From Selaginella moellendorffii (lineage: Eukaryota > Plantae > Lycopodiophyta), in the NCBI RefSeq assembly GCF_000143415.4, contig NW_003314268.1, positions 2,744,494-2,808,493 of the forward strand: a stretch of 64,000 bases of DNA, written 5' to 3'. The notes beneath the pieces were generated by a model, which was not told the origin of the DNA, did no database searches, and saw only the letters and a list, made by a program, of their open reading frames with translations. Of the stretch, positions 11,191 to 24,196 are shown piece after piece. The translations under genes were made by a program, and so were the position numbers. The first letter of the stretch is position 1. Every line of letters begins with the position of its first letter.

Positions 11191-12111
11191 ATGGGACGCT
11201 GCAAGATTGAGATCAAGTACCTCACCGTCAAGAGCAATCGCAACGCAACCTTTCGCAAGCGCTCTTGCGGCCTGATGAAGAAGGCGGACGAGATCCACAT
11301 CCTTTGCGGTGCCGAGCTCATGCTGGAGATGGAGCCAGAAGGAGGGACGCCTCGCATCTACGCCTCCGAGAAGCGCAACGATTACGTCTCCAATCCCAGG
11401 TACCACATCAACTCCAAATCCAAGCCCAAGGATTCCTCCTCCCCAAAGAAAGGCTCGACTCTTCTCCAAAGCTCCAAAGCCAAAGCTCTCAAGCCCGCGT
11501 CCAGGGCGGTTCCAAAGCTCGAGCGAGGCATCAAAGTTCCATCAAAGGCTCCAAAGCTCAAACTCAAGGCTCCAAAGCTCGAATTCAAGCTTCCAGGAGG
11601 CTTGGAGCTTCCACAGACAGGCTTCAAACTCCCGAAGATCGAAGCTCTCGACGCACCACCGGCCTTGGCAGCGATCCCCCTCTCGGTTTCACTCCCGCCA
11701 AACGAGGACCAGCTCATCGGCTACCAGGGCTTCGACCACCATCAGCTCTTGCAAAACAGCGTCAACTTTGGACTACCTCCCACGAACTTGGACGATCATG
11801 GCTCCTCCTCCACCGCCGCCGCCGCCGCCGCCAACACACCCTTCTTCAGCGAAGAACACGACTTTGCAGCCATGGATCCGACCTCCAACAACAACAGCGA
11901 GCTCGACAACTTCCCGGACGATCTCTTCGACTTTTCGTCCCTGAAGAACTTCGATCCTGCAAGCGAGGAGCCGTCGGCACAGGATCAGACGACGAACTAT
12001 CCTTTACCTCCTCCAGCAGTGCCGCAAAACATGTTTGTCATCGGGGACCAGCTCTACTGCTTGCAGCAAGCCGCGGACGGACGAATGGTCTATACCGCTG
12101 TTACCTGCTAA
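11191..12111 (+). CDS. Type I-like MADS-box transcription factor, intronless
   Basis: MGRCKIEIKYLTVKSNRNATFRKRSCGLMKKADEIHILCG is a MADS domain. No K domain; low-complexity KAPKL repeats and an acidic C-terminus. Confidence 0.85.
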   Translation: MGRCKIEIKYLTVKSNRNATFRKRSCGLMKKADEIHILCGAELMLEMEPEGGTPRIYASEKRNDYVSNPRYHINSKSKPKDSSSPKKGSTLLQSSKAKALKPASRAVPKLERGIKVPSKAPKLKLKAPKLEFKLPGGLELPQTGFKLPKIEALDAPPALAAIPLSVSLPPNEDQLIGYQGFDHHQLLQNSVNFGLPPTNLDDHGSSSTAAAAAANTPFFSEEHDFAAMDPTSNNNSELDNFPDDLFDFSSLKNFDPASEEPSAQDQTTNYPLPPPAVPQNMFVIGDQLYCLQQAADGRMVYTAVTC

Positions 12112-12275
12112 CTTTAAGCTTACTTAGGACTTCGCGTCAACTTTAGATTTAGAACGCAACGCGGCTTTCGATATTTATACATTGTGTACACGTTGGGTCT
12201 TTCTTCCAATTATATCAAAAACAAAGAGAGAGTTTTAACCAAATAAGGAAAAAAGAAAGAATAATAGACAGGAGC

Positions 12276-15200
12276 TTATCTCTGTCGTTTGGATGAAGAA
12301 CCAGAAGCTCTGGCTTTTGGATCGTCTTTTTCTTTGTCCCTGTCGTTTGGTTTGAGCCGGCGCTGGAGCTCTTGAGCATGGCGGTGCCACCACGTTTCTC
12401 GAGCTCGCCGGGGCATCCTGTTGTAGCGATGGTCCGAGTTGAGCATGTCTTTGGCGTCGCTCCACACGCCCAGGATGTCTTTGCCGTCTTCCGCCAGCTT
12501 CGAGGCCGCGTCTAGCGTTATAGCCTCTGCCAGGAGTGCTCGGTATTCCTTCTCACACCGCTGTGTAGAACAACCGTCAATGGGCTGAAACAGTATGAGA
12601 AAAGCGTTTACCTCGTACAGGTCCTTGACGTGATCTCTGAATAATCTCTCCCGGTCCGCAGCATCTAGCTCTGGGTTTGTAGCGCGTCCAAGAGCGTCTT
12701 TTTCTAGCTTTGGCTTGCTCTCTGTCCACGATGCCTGGCAAAAACAATCAAAGTATAAGATGCATGGCATTTTCAAGAGCATACCTCGGCATCTTTGATT
12801 TTCTCCGTGAGAAGAGCCTGATAACCAGTCACTGCATCTTTCCGGCGAGCCTTGGCTCTAACTCTGTCGAGTTCCTGCTCGGTTCTTTCCTTTCGCTTTC
12901 GCATCACTCGTTCTCTTTCCCGCAGTTTGTTCTGACAGTTGAAACTTGTAAGACTTAGGACGAAAACTTGCGAGCTGTGCATGCTAACCTCTTCATCACG
13001 TTTTTCTTTCGCAGCTCTCTCGACTACCTGTTCAGCAGCCCTTAGTTCTGCTATGTAGCTGTTGAAGATGTTCTCTCTATCCTCGTGTCTTACAGCTTTG
13101 CATCGCGGATCATGTCTCACGAGATCTTTGATCTGCACCGACAAGTTGAGCGAATGTACACCTTTTTATACAAGATTAATACCTTCGACCAGCGAGTAGT
13201 AGAAGTTATGTCGTTTCTCTCTTTCAGCATAGCCTGGAACTCAGAGGATACAGATGCATAGGCCGCTTTAGCACGTTCTTCCTCCGCTTTCTTCAGCGGT
13301 AAGATCCTGCAGAAACATCTAGTTAGAAATGTAATCATTGAAAAGGTGGATGGTGCAGAAGCTTCGGCCAAACACTCGATTTCCATTACAGAAACAAAGT
13401 ATACCTGCTGTCACCGATCGCAAGTGGAACACATTTCACCTACATAAGGAAAAACCCATGGCTTTCTCTGGCTGATCAAGACTTAAGACTGTGCAAATTA
13501 GCATCTGCACCATCCACACAACAAAAGCTTTACTGATGCAGTACTCAGTTTACCTTTCATTGAGTAGCGTCTCCCTTTCTTTGCGATCCAAAGCTTCAAA
13601 ACGGGGATCCTGATTCCAAATGCTAGCAAAGTTCTCATATGTGGTGCTAGCAGAAAACTCCTGCAACCCCTGGGTATTAGAAAAAAAGAATAACGAAGAA
13701 AGCAAAAGGAGTCTTACATTGGATGAGTTTGCCTCGTCCAGGAGTTGTTTGAAACCTTCAACAGCCAACTTTTGTGCAGCCCTCTTTTCCTTTCTCTCTT
13801 CCTCTGCCCTTGTCCGAACATAATGCTCAAATATTGAACGCCTTTCAGTGTGGCCAGCAATAGCCTACAGAACCAAAATAAACAGAAAGCAGACCGAGGT
13901 CCAAGCGTACCTTGAAGCGAGGATCAAAGAGAATCTTAGGCAGTTCTTTCTCCCATTTCGAAAATGGTGCGACCCCTTTCTCTTTCAACATTTCCTACAG
14001 AACACAACAGGAAACAATTAGCTACAAGGAATACAAAAAAGCAAGAAAAAAAAAACAAAAACAGAAAAGAGCAAAGAGTACTACATTAATGCACCTTAAA
14101 CTGCCGGACGCGTTCTTCCTTTGTTACAGTTGGACCATCCTCTTCACTATCTGATGATGAATCTGATGTAGATGCTTCAGCGTTTTCTTTTGACTTGTCC
14201 TTCGACGTATCATCTGCCCCGGCTTTCGCAACCTCTGGTTCTGAGACTGTCGCAATTCCGCCAGAGTATTCCTGCAGTTTCTTCTTTATTGTATCAAGAG
14301 CTGTCGGCGTATTTGATGTGCCTTTAGCTTCCCTCCCACCAGTCAAAGCCGCAGGAGCATTAGACACGTCCTTCTTCCCTTTGTCGACAATCTCTGCAGG
14401 GATTTGCCAGCTCGTTGCCTTACAGGAAAAGAAAAAGATGTCATGACTTTGCAAAAGCTGCAAAGAAAATTGCCCAGTACCTGCGTTTTAGGATTGTAGT
14501 AATACTTTTTCCCGTCATTTGTAGTCACCAGAGACCAATCCGTGCCACTCAGCTTCTCACTGTGAAAAATAATAAAAATTTCCCATAAGAATTGCGGTCC
14601 AAATGCAACTCATGATGAACTTACCAGGACACTGGAGTTGGCTGGGACGTGACGTTGCCAGCCTGAACGTAAAAGCAAACATAGTACACACAACTAAGAA
14701 GAAAACAAGTTACCTCTCCTTTGAAGCCCGCGGGTTTCTCATACGTAGAATCCCCTGTAACAGAATTATAGTAGTAAATGACTCCATCTTCTGTTTTATG
14801 CGCAGCCCAAGCATCTTCCTCAGACACTTCAAATGGAAAAGCATTCTCCGATTTAGAATCACTCACAGCAGTGTGACTTTTGTCTTCGCCAGTAGCAGCA
14901 GCAGCAGCCGGCATTTTGTGAGCATGGAAGTCTGGAAGTTCATGGTGTGCTGCTGATCCAGAAATATCAATGCCACTGCCACCCCACACTCCAAACGCAG
15001 CACCACCTTGGAAAGGATCGCCCACTGGCCGGAACGATGGATGGAGCTCTTGCCTCTGGTATGGAAGAGAAAAAGTCGGTGGATAGAGAAACGGCCTTTG
15101 GGGATGTTGTCCCGGAAGAATCCACTGGTGGTTCGATGGATATGGCGGCGGCTGGACCAAAGGAGAGCTCGCTGGCTGCGACGTTGGCCGTGCTCCAAAT

Positions 15201-15552
15201 ATCGATGGCGGAGGAGCGCTAGCGTCCCATCTTACATGCGCGTAGCCCGTGCCATTCGTGGGGCTGGAGCCCATTTGCCCAGATGGCGATGGAGGCTGAT
15301 AGAGAGGAAGGTTTGGCGAGGAGGCGCCCTGCGAGAGAGATTGCGCGAGAGCGCGCGCCTTTCCAGTGAGAATTTCTAGACTGTGAGGCTTACCGGAGGA
15401 GTAGAATTGAGCTGGTTTGGCGCTCGATACGGCTGGAGCGGTGGCGCTGGGTAGCCTGGAAACACGGCGCGCTGCATTTGGCCTGCTTGCCAGTGCCCCT
15501 GCGACGGCGATCCTTGCCCTGGGAGCTGTTGCCACGCCGCCGGCGACGCCAT
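12276..15552 (-). CDS. PRP40C: Pre-mRNA processing protein 40C (WW + FF domains), multi-exon
   Basis: Start MASPAAW at 15552; two WW domains (DAWAAHKTEDGVIYYYNSVTGDSTYEKP; DWSLVTTNDGKKYYYNPKTQATSWQIP); FF domains ([47 protein letters not shown]). Confidence 0.92.
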
Positions 15553-17178
15553 CCAAGGATTCAAACGAGATTTCTCCTCTCGCCCTACCCTAAAAGTTTA
15601 GGGCTTGCTCGCATTTTCCAAGATTCTTTTTCTCTTCCATAATTCAACAATCGATCTCTCCCACGTAAGATGGTTTTCGAAGGTAATGGCTCACTGATTG
15701 AGGGAAGCTGCGCTGAAACCTTTCATTCCCGACCGATTGGTCCAAATCAGCATCCTGTCTGTGGCCTGCTTGAAGATAATACTTCGCCACCCGGTCAGTA
15801 CGATCCCCAAGATCTTGAGATTAACTACAAAACACATTCTCGCCATCCTTGTAGTCGGGCCTGCACAGGATGACGAGTCCACATTGTCAATTGGGTACTG
15901 TAGCCTGGACCTTTTCACTGCTTTCAGATGGGACGTTTGACGGCATTGTTCGGAGATGATCTTGCTGACTATATCTATTCCAGCCCGCGCCCTATTAAAC
16001 TTTTAGCACCACTGTTTTAGAATATAGCCTTTTTGTAGGTTGTAAACAACTCTGCAATACGCAACAAATAGGAACATAGTGAGAGGTTGACAAAGGGGGG
16101 CCATCCAAATATTCGGATTTGAATAAAATACGGTTTCGAGGCTCTAAAAGGTATTGCACAGAGATGTTTTTCTAAGGGGAAAAAAACAGGAATGGCAGTG
16201 GGTTTGTAAACTTGATTAGCTTGAATTTTGTCGTTGATGGGGCGGAACACCTTATCTTCCGAGACTGAATTATTTAGCAGATTAAAAGTCGTAAACAAGT
16301 TGTAAACATCAAAAGCGGCCTTCCAACCGCCATTCATTGATTTTTCCATGTCACCTCAGAAACCAGGAAGGGAGGTTTCGTCTCCTTGCATAAAAATCTG
16401 TAATAATCCGTCTCTAAATCCCTAAACATGCGGCGCAGGAATCAAACCTCTTCCGGAAAAGTTACGATTCCTCGCTGTTGCGAAGAGCGGCAAGCCGATC
16501 CAGGAGCCGCCACGCGCTTTGGATCACAGTGCGCATGTCCACCCTCGCATCTGACTTTGCCCGGCGCCACTTGGCACCCGTTGTTGTGCAATTCCACTTC
16601 TGTCTCTCTCTCTCTCACTCACTGTTATACTTGCGCCGACAATTGATCCATGCAAACCTCAGTACGAACTTTGACACTCTTTGTGTTTTTTATTTTTTAA
16701 TTTATTTTTTGGCATAAATATCTCTGTCAATGATCGAAGGCAGCAATCTCGAGAAGAATCCCAGCAAGCTGGATGCATGGATCAAGGAACTAGCATCCTT
16801 CGTTTGCGTATTCCAAGAAGCCATTGCCGTGCATGCAGCGTAGAGTAAAATAATCTCGCTCGTGTTTCCTCTGTGTTCAAACTTTCGCTATCAACAAGGG
16901 AGTGAGAGGAGCAGCCGCCGCCCTATTCACAGCCGTTGAGCTGCCAAGAAAGAAACTGAACTTGGACATTGGCAGACGTGTGCTGCTTGATCCTCGGGTA
17001 AGCAAGCGTTATAGTTTGAGATTTGTCGAGATTTTTCCAAGTTTTTTTTATCTCCTAGGCTTTTTGTTTTTTTCTTCTTTTTTAATCTACACGTAAAATG
17101 TGCTCCTTGTTCCTCGAGTTCACAAACCCGGACGAGCGTGGGCCACCAAGCGATGAAAAAAAAAAAATTCGCTAATTC

Positions 17179-17181
<3 letters not shown>

Positions 17182-17215
<34 letters not shown>

Positions 17216-17224
17216 TCTCTCCCT
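17182..17224 (+). repeat. (CT)n microsatellite in the FAB1 5' leader region
   Basis: About 20 TC units, directly visible. Confidence 0.9.
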
Positions 17225-17716
17225 CCCGTGAAATTCCGGAGATGATTGGTATGTTTAGATGATCTTTGCCCCTTGGCTTGTTTGTTCTTAAGTCGTGAAT
17301 AGCTTTCTCTTCCTTCCCTTCTCGCACTGACAGTCTTCTTTGTTTGCGCTTTTGTTTTGCTTTTCTTCTTCCAGGGTCACAGGACCGGCGGATGAAGGAA
17401 GAAAGAAATTTCTTTGAGCTTAATGATCCTAATGGCCTAAAAAAAGAGAACTCATCGTCTCCGGGAAATTTAGGGTTAGGGATGGTGCGCATTCTACCAA
17501 GGAATGGCGGATTCTAGGCGCGCCTCCTCGCAATTCGTCGACGATGCCCGACCGATGAGCTGAATTCGCAGGAATCGAGGCGTCGGCGGCGGCGACGCCA
17601 AATCGGGGGTCGTGAATCGGGGGCTATGTAGCAGCGCGCTAGTGTTCTTGCAGGATTCTTGTGATTCCAGCTAGGGTATAGGCGCGCAATCATCATGAGC
17701 GGGAGGATTCCGGTCC

Positions 17717-20700
17717 ATGGATGCAGTCGAAAATGTGCTGCATGGGATTGTGGGAGCTCTGAGCGCATGGATTCCGGGCGGCGGTGCTGGAGCCGGGGAT
17801 TCTAGCATGTCCCGCGAGTTTTGGATGCCCGATCAGAGCTGCCGTGTCTGCTATGAGTGTGAATCGCATTTTACGATCTTCAACCGGCGCCATCACTGCA
17901 GGGTTTGCGGGAGAGTCTTCTGCGGCAGGTGCACGCTCAATACCATCTCGGCTTCGTCGATCAATCTCGCGCCTCCAGAGGCGCCGGAGGAGGATTGCGA
18001 GCGCATCCGGGTGTGTAATTTTTGCTACAGGCTTAGGCAGCAGCAGCTGGGCAAAGGGGATTCTTCTTCTCTGGAGCCGGCGGTGACGAGCCCGTCTCTC
18101 ACTCCAACGTCGTCTAGGAGTAGTTTGATTAGCAGTAACACCAGCGGTAGCACGTCCATGGCTTCCCCTCGAGCGGCGCTGGCTTCTTCCGAGAGGCGAG
18201 GTGACGAGAGCGATGACTTAAAGCAAGAAGAGTATGGCAAACATTTGTCGTTAAGCATGAGGTAAGTCTGTTCGCTTCCCCAGTTTCCTTTTTTTTGCGA
18301 TTCGCCAACGTTGGAAACCTTCACAGGAGCGATGATGAAGACGAAGGGAGGAAAGGACGCCAACAAAACCATATATCTCGCGGTAATCAAGACGGTGGTC
18401 TGGATACGCATCTCAAAAGCCAAGCTAGCTACTACTCGCAGAGCTCCGAGAGCTTCGATGACAAGGGGGATACGTCCGAGAGCAGGCCGCCCAGCGAGAG
18501 GTCGTTCCGGCGTTCGTGCGATGATATTGAAAGCTTGGATGACGAGAACAATTTCCGGAACCATCTCTACGAGGCCGCGTGTCGGGAGGTCGATAAGTCG
18601 GTGGACTTTGAGAATAACAAGCATGTCTGGTACCCTCCACCACCGGAAGAAGACGAGGACGAAACGGGACCTGGATACGAGGACGAGGACGACGACGATG
18701 AAGGTGGCTGGGGTCTTCCACGGTCGTCCGGAAGTATGAGCAGCACTGAGTATAGGAGCCGGGAACGCGCTGCTTCGGAAGAACATCGAAAGGCCATGCG
18801 AGCCGTAGTTGACGGTCACTTCAGAGCTCTGGTGGCACAACTCCTTCGCGGTGAAAACATTTCCGTCGATGATGAAGATGAGAAGGATAGCTGGCTTGAC
18901 ATCGTCACTGGATTGGCTTTGCAAGCAGCAAGCATCGTCAAACCAGATAGCAGCAGGGGAGGTAGCATGGATCCGGGAGGCTACGTGAAGGTGAAATGCA
19001 TCGCATCTGGTCGGCGGTCCGACAGGTACGTTGGCATGCTGTAAAGCTGACGAAACAACATGTTCCTTGTTGCAGCATGATCATCAAAGGTATTGTTTGC
19101 AAAAAGAACCTTGCACATAAGAGGATGATTACGCGGTTTAAGAATCCGAGGCTGCTTATTATTGGTGGTGCGCTGGAGTATCAGAGAGTTTCGAACCAGT
19201 TTTCGTCGATGGACACTCTACTCCAACAGGTATGCCTCTCTAGGTGCGGCATTGTCTAACCTTCTGCTATAGGAAAGGGACTACCTGAACATGGCTGCGG
19301 CAAGGATCGAGGCTCAGCATCCCAATGTCGTGCTCGTTGAGAAAGGAGTAACTCGTTTTGCGCAAGACCGTTTACTGGCGAAAGAAATATCGCTGGTGCA
19401 GAATGTTAAGCGTCCTCTTCTGGAGAGGATTGCGAGATGTACTGGTGCTCAAATCATATCCACACCAGATAATCTCGCGGCACCAAAGGCTGGTCACTGC
19501 GAGCTTTTCCACATTGAGAAGTTTGTAGAGGAGCTCGGTAGTGCTGGCCAAGCAGGCAAGCAACTGTCCAAGACACTGATGTTCTTTGAAGGATGTCCAA
19601 AACCTCTCGGATGCACTGTAAGCATTCTCTATGGTTTGAGCTTTATATCTAATGTGAGTTTCATTGACAGGCTTTACTGAGGGGCGCTAATGGAGACGAT
19701 CTGAAGAAAATTAAACGTGTTCTTCAGCTCTCTGTCTTTGCATCCTATCATTTGGCTTTGGAAACATCATTTCTTGCCGACGAAGGTGCCTCTCTCCCCG
19801 ACCACAGGTCGCCTATAGTCGTCACGCTGCCTAGCAAGCAATCCAGCTCCGACCGGTCGATCACATCGATCCCCGGTTTTTCAGTAGCGACCGCAGAAGG
19901 TCAACGTGTTCCTCCAGTTTCTCCTTCTACACTCACCAGCAAAGGTGCGGAGACGAATAATACGTTGATGCACTCAGCAGGTCTAAATGGCTTTACAAGG
20001 GATTGGCAGTCGAGTTTATCAGATTTTACTGGGGAAAGTCTTTCCGGGTTATCAGTTTCTCTGAGAAGAGCCTTCGGTGAGGAGGCAATGAGAACCAATG
20101 CAGAACAATGGAACGTATCTGCTGACAGGTCTCCAAAGGAAAATGCGGAGTCATTTTTTTTGCAAGAAGGTGATAGAGAAGGATCAGACGCAGATGAACA
20201 GAGTGGAAAAGACGATTTCCCTCCAACGCCCTCCGACCACCAAAGTATTCTCGTATCGCTGTCAACACGGTGTCTCACCAAGGGATCTGTTTGTGAACGG
20301 CCCAACATAGTTCGGATAAAGTATTACGGAAACTCGGACAAGCCACTGGGAAGATTTTTGAGAGACACCTTGTTCGACGGCGTAAGTTGCTATCGTCAAT
20401 TTTTCTTCGCTTCTCATCCTGCTTTAATGCAGAACAATCGCTGCCAACATTGTGATGAACCCGCCGACGCACACATTCGCTGTTATACCCATCGCTTGGG
20501 TAGTCTGACGATCTCAGTTCGACGGATGGACGACCATACTTTACCTGGTGAAAGAGATGGAAAAATATGGATGTGGCATAGGTGCTTAAAGTGTCCTCGG
20601 ACTGACGATCTTCCGCCGGTGACTCGTAGAATCGTGATGTCTGATGCCGCCTGGGGTTTATCGTTCGGAAAGTTTTTGGAACTGAGCTTCTCTAATCATG

Positions 20701-23419
20701 CAGCTGCTAGCAGAGTCGCTGTATGTGGCCACCAACTTCACAGAGATTGTTTACGATTTTACGGGTGAGGGTTCTCGATTACGATTTTGTTCTCTTTTTA
20801 AATCTCGTAGATCTAACGACTGTTTTGATACAGGTTCGGCAATATGATAGCGTGCTTTCGCTATGCTTCTGTTCATTTGCATTCAATTCATCTTCCTCCT
20901 CCAAAGTTGGAGTTTAACGATCCGAGCCAACAGGAGTGGCTCAGGGACGAAGCTAATGAGGTACATTGTTGTTTAAAGACGATTTGGCTTTTAACATATG
21001 ACGTTAAGATTGCCAACAAGGGAGAGCTGGTTTTCACGGAAATACTGGATCATTTACGTGTTATTGGCGAACATATTGCCAGCTCGGGCTCCTTTTCTGG
21101 AAGCGGAAGAAACGCCGAAGCTAGAAAACGTGCTGTGTACTTGGAAGCGTTCTTCCAAAAAGAAAAGGCCGAGTTTGAGGTGGGTGGGTGTCGGGCAATT
21201 CAATGCTCATAACATGGTTCGTTTGGCAGAAGACACTGTTGAAAGCTGTTCCATCACATACTGATCCAGGACAGCCAGTCGCAGACATTCTGGAGCTCTG
21301 TCGTCTGCGAAAGGACCTTGCTCTCCGGGCCATGGAGTGGGATAAACGTCTTCATTACTTTGCTGCCTCTCAGCAGCGAAAGTATACGTCAGCAGGTTCA
21401 GATCCGGGGATGCTACCTGACCAGCCTGTCCCGAGCAAGGACGCGTCTGTGAAGCCAATATTGAAGACATACTCAAATACGAATGTGCAACCATTTGCTT
21501 CGCTTGTCCACGACGAAGAAGCGGACAAACCAACTTCCGTCAAAGACGATACAGTCGTGGTACATGATATGGTTTGCAACATGGATATGGTGGACGGCAT
21601 TCCTTGTTTGCCTGTGGCTCCTGCCGAGCCAGAGGGTACCGAAGGGGTTACAGAGGCACTTGGTTTGGATGTAGACCTCAGGAGGACACTCTCTGAAGGC
21701 AGTTGTCCGGTTGTCGCCGATATCTCTCATACGCTAGATGCTGCATGGAGTGGCGAGACACAAGCAGCTACAGAGGTTCCATGCAATGCGGAAGACCATG
21801 AAAGCGCCAAAGCCTCCGAGGCAGAAGTTACTGGAGAGAATGGAAGTAAGAAGGAGCACTCACCTACGAGCTCGACAAGCCAACCCGATGAAGAGTTAAC
21901 AGCGTCACGGCAAAAGGAGTTTGACGAGCTCGGCAACTGGATTGATGGACCATACTCGACGTTATACAGGGGTAGAGGGGCTTCAAGTCAGTCGCCGTCA
22001 ACCTCTTTTATATCCCAGCAGGCTTTACAAGGTGGAGCACGGCTTTTCTGGCCACCTGGTGTGAATGGCACCGTGAATGCGGTTTACGAAGACGAGCCTA
22101 CGAGTATCATCGCTCATGCACTTTTGTCGCAATACTACGTGACCGAGCTCGGTGGAGAGAAAGGGAAGGGACAAAGTGGAGAAAAAGAGAATGGAAGTGC
22201 GGTGGTGTCTGAGGAAGCGTCCTCACAAGTTCTCGAAGAAGGGGTCATGAAGGAGAGGTCCAACAGCTTCAAAGACGCTTCTTCAAATGGGAAGGTTGAG
22301 GATCCTTTATTGAGCACAAAGGGGGTGAACTTGAAGATCGAGAACTCTGAGACAGGTCCGGATGCGAAGCTGAAATACATCGTCACCGCCTACTACGCCA
22401 AGCACTTCGATGCGCTGCGGAAGAAATGCTGCGCTGGTGACTTGGAGTTCGTGCGGTCGTTGAGCAGGTGCCGCAAATGGGGAGCACAGGGTGGAAAGAG
22501 CAACGTCTTTTTTGCCAAGTCGATGGACGACAGATTCATCGTGAAGCAAGTGACGAGGACGGAGCTTCTCTCTTTCCTGGAGTTTGCACCGGAGTACTTC
22601 AAATATCTCTTCGATTCCATAAACTCTGGCAGCCCGACCTGTCTGGCTAAGATTCTGGGGATGTATCAGGTAAACTTTTGTCATTCACCTGAAAACTTGT
22701 TTCATTGTTTCTTTTGACGCTAGGTGATCATAAAGCAAGTCAAGGGAGGCAAGGAAGTACGCATGGATTTGATGGTCATGGAGAATCTGCTCTATGGCAG
22801 ACACGTTACTCGGCTATATGATTTGAAAGGCTCAGTGCGCTCTCGTTACAACTCAGACTCCACGGCAAAGAACGCTGTTTTGTTGGACCAGAACCTGTTG
22901 GAATCCATGCCAACGGCACCCATTTTTGTCGGGAATAAAGCCAAGAGGCTTTTGGAGCGAGCGGTATGGAACGACACCTCATTCCTTGCGGTAAGCAATG
23001 GTTTCTCTCTTTTTTTTCTTCTTCGCGCTCACACTTTTATACTGGTTTTGTAGAACATAGATGTCATGGACTACTCGCTACTCGTTGGGATTGACGAAGA
23101 ACGAGGGGAGCTTGTCCTCGGGATTATTGACTTCATGCGGCAATACACATGGGACAAGCATCTGGAGACGTGGGTCAAGGCTTCGGGCATTCTCGGAGGC
23201 CCAAAGAACGCGCCGCCGACCGTGATCTCTCCCAAGCAGTACAAGAAGCGCTTCCGCAAGGCCATGTCGACGTACTTCGTTACTGTTCCCGACCACTGGA
23301 CTCCTCCCTCGGTCATCAGCGCTTGTCCGGGGCCGGAGGAGAGTGGAAGCAGCAGCCACAACAATGGGAGCTCCACCACAAACGGGCAGGACGAGTACGG
23401 TGAAAGCTTTGGAGGCTGA
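17717..23419 (+). CDS. FAB1: Phosphatidylinositol-3-phosphate 5-kinase FAB1/PIKfyve (FYVE, Cpn60/TCP-1-like and PIPK domains), multi-exon
   Basis: FYVE WMPD..CRVCYEC..FTIFNRRHHCRVCGRVFC; MDPGGYVKVKCIA; FGKFLELSFS; WGAQGGKSNVFFAKSMDDRFIVKQV; MDYSLLVG...GIIDFMRQYTWDKHLETWVK. Confidence 0.97.
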
Positions 23420-24196
23420 GCGGAGCTCCGGGCTATCCATCCATCGATCTACCGATCGACCGGCTTCCTGGAATGGTACGTATTTCTAAAGTTCTTGAAG
23501 TTGATGCTCATTTTCTCCAGAGATTGTCCGCGAAGTTTGCGTTAAGGTTTCGTCGTAGCAGATTAAAAAGCATGAGAAGTAAGAAAAAGTTTTGTCCAGT
23601 TCGCTGGGGAGCCATTTCCCCGTCGTCGGTGTATTCATTCATTACTCGGCATATTGTATAGAGTGAATTGTCATCGTCCTTTATTTCTTCCGTTTTGATA
23701 AGGCGAGTTTAGAAGGTGGCAGGAAATCTTGAGATCACCCAAACCCTGTGCCTCTTCTGAAATGATGTTTTCGTTTTCAATCCAGAATCTTCATAATCTA
23801 CAAAGTCCTTGTTCCTCGTATATGGATTCGCATGCCATATGCTGTTGTTTCCCAACTTCCGCCACTTCAGATTTCTCACGAGTAACAAGTGGAACTGTGC
23901 CGCCTGCGAAAATTTGTAAGACCTGTTCTTCGCTCTTTGAAATTGTTGAAAAAGTACATTCGACGAACTTGCAGCATCAAACTCGTTGAATGAGATCATC
24001 ACAATCACAATCACATTCATCTATGCAAAAAGTGCAGTAACGAAGGGGTGGTTCGGAAAACACCCTGCACGGAGGGAAGAGCAGCTGTCCACGTTGGAAT
24101 ATGCTTCTTGTTCAAAAATGAAAATGAACTATGAAATTGAAACACCTTTAACACCCACATGGCAAAACTTAATAGTTTTAATTGCACTTTTGTGCT

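Noticed and set aside
14621-15556. 311-aa ORF starting MDGVAGG as the PRP40C N-terminus
   Set aside because: It uses a non-ATG start and reads through an intron. The ATG at 15552 in another frame, with a GTAAG donor at about 15393, fits better.
15670-16349. Short ORFs between PRP40C and FAB1
   Set aside because: No recognisable domain or consistent splice pattern. Possibly a decayed gene, but unsupported.
23709-24190. ORFs between FAB1 and its partial duplicate
   Set aside because: Short, no motifs, non-ATG starts.
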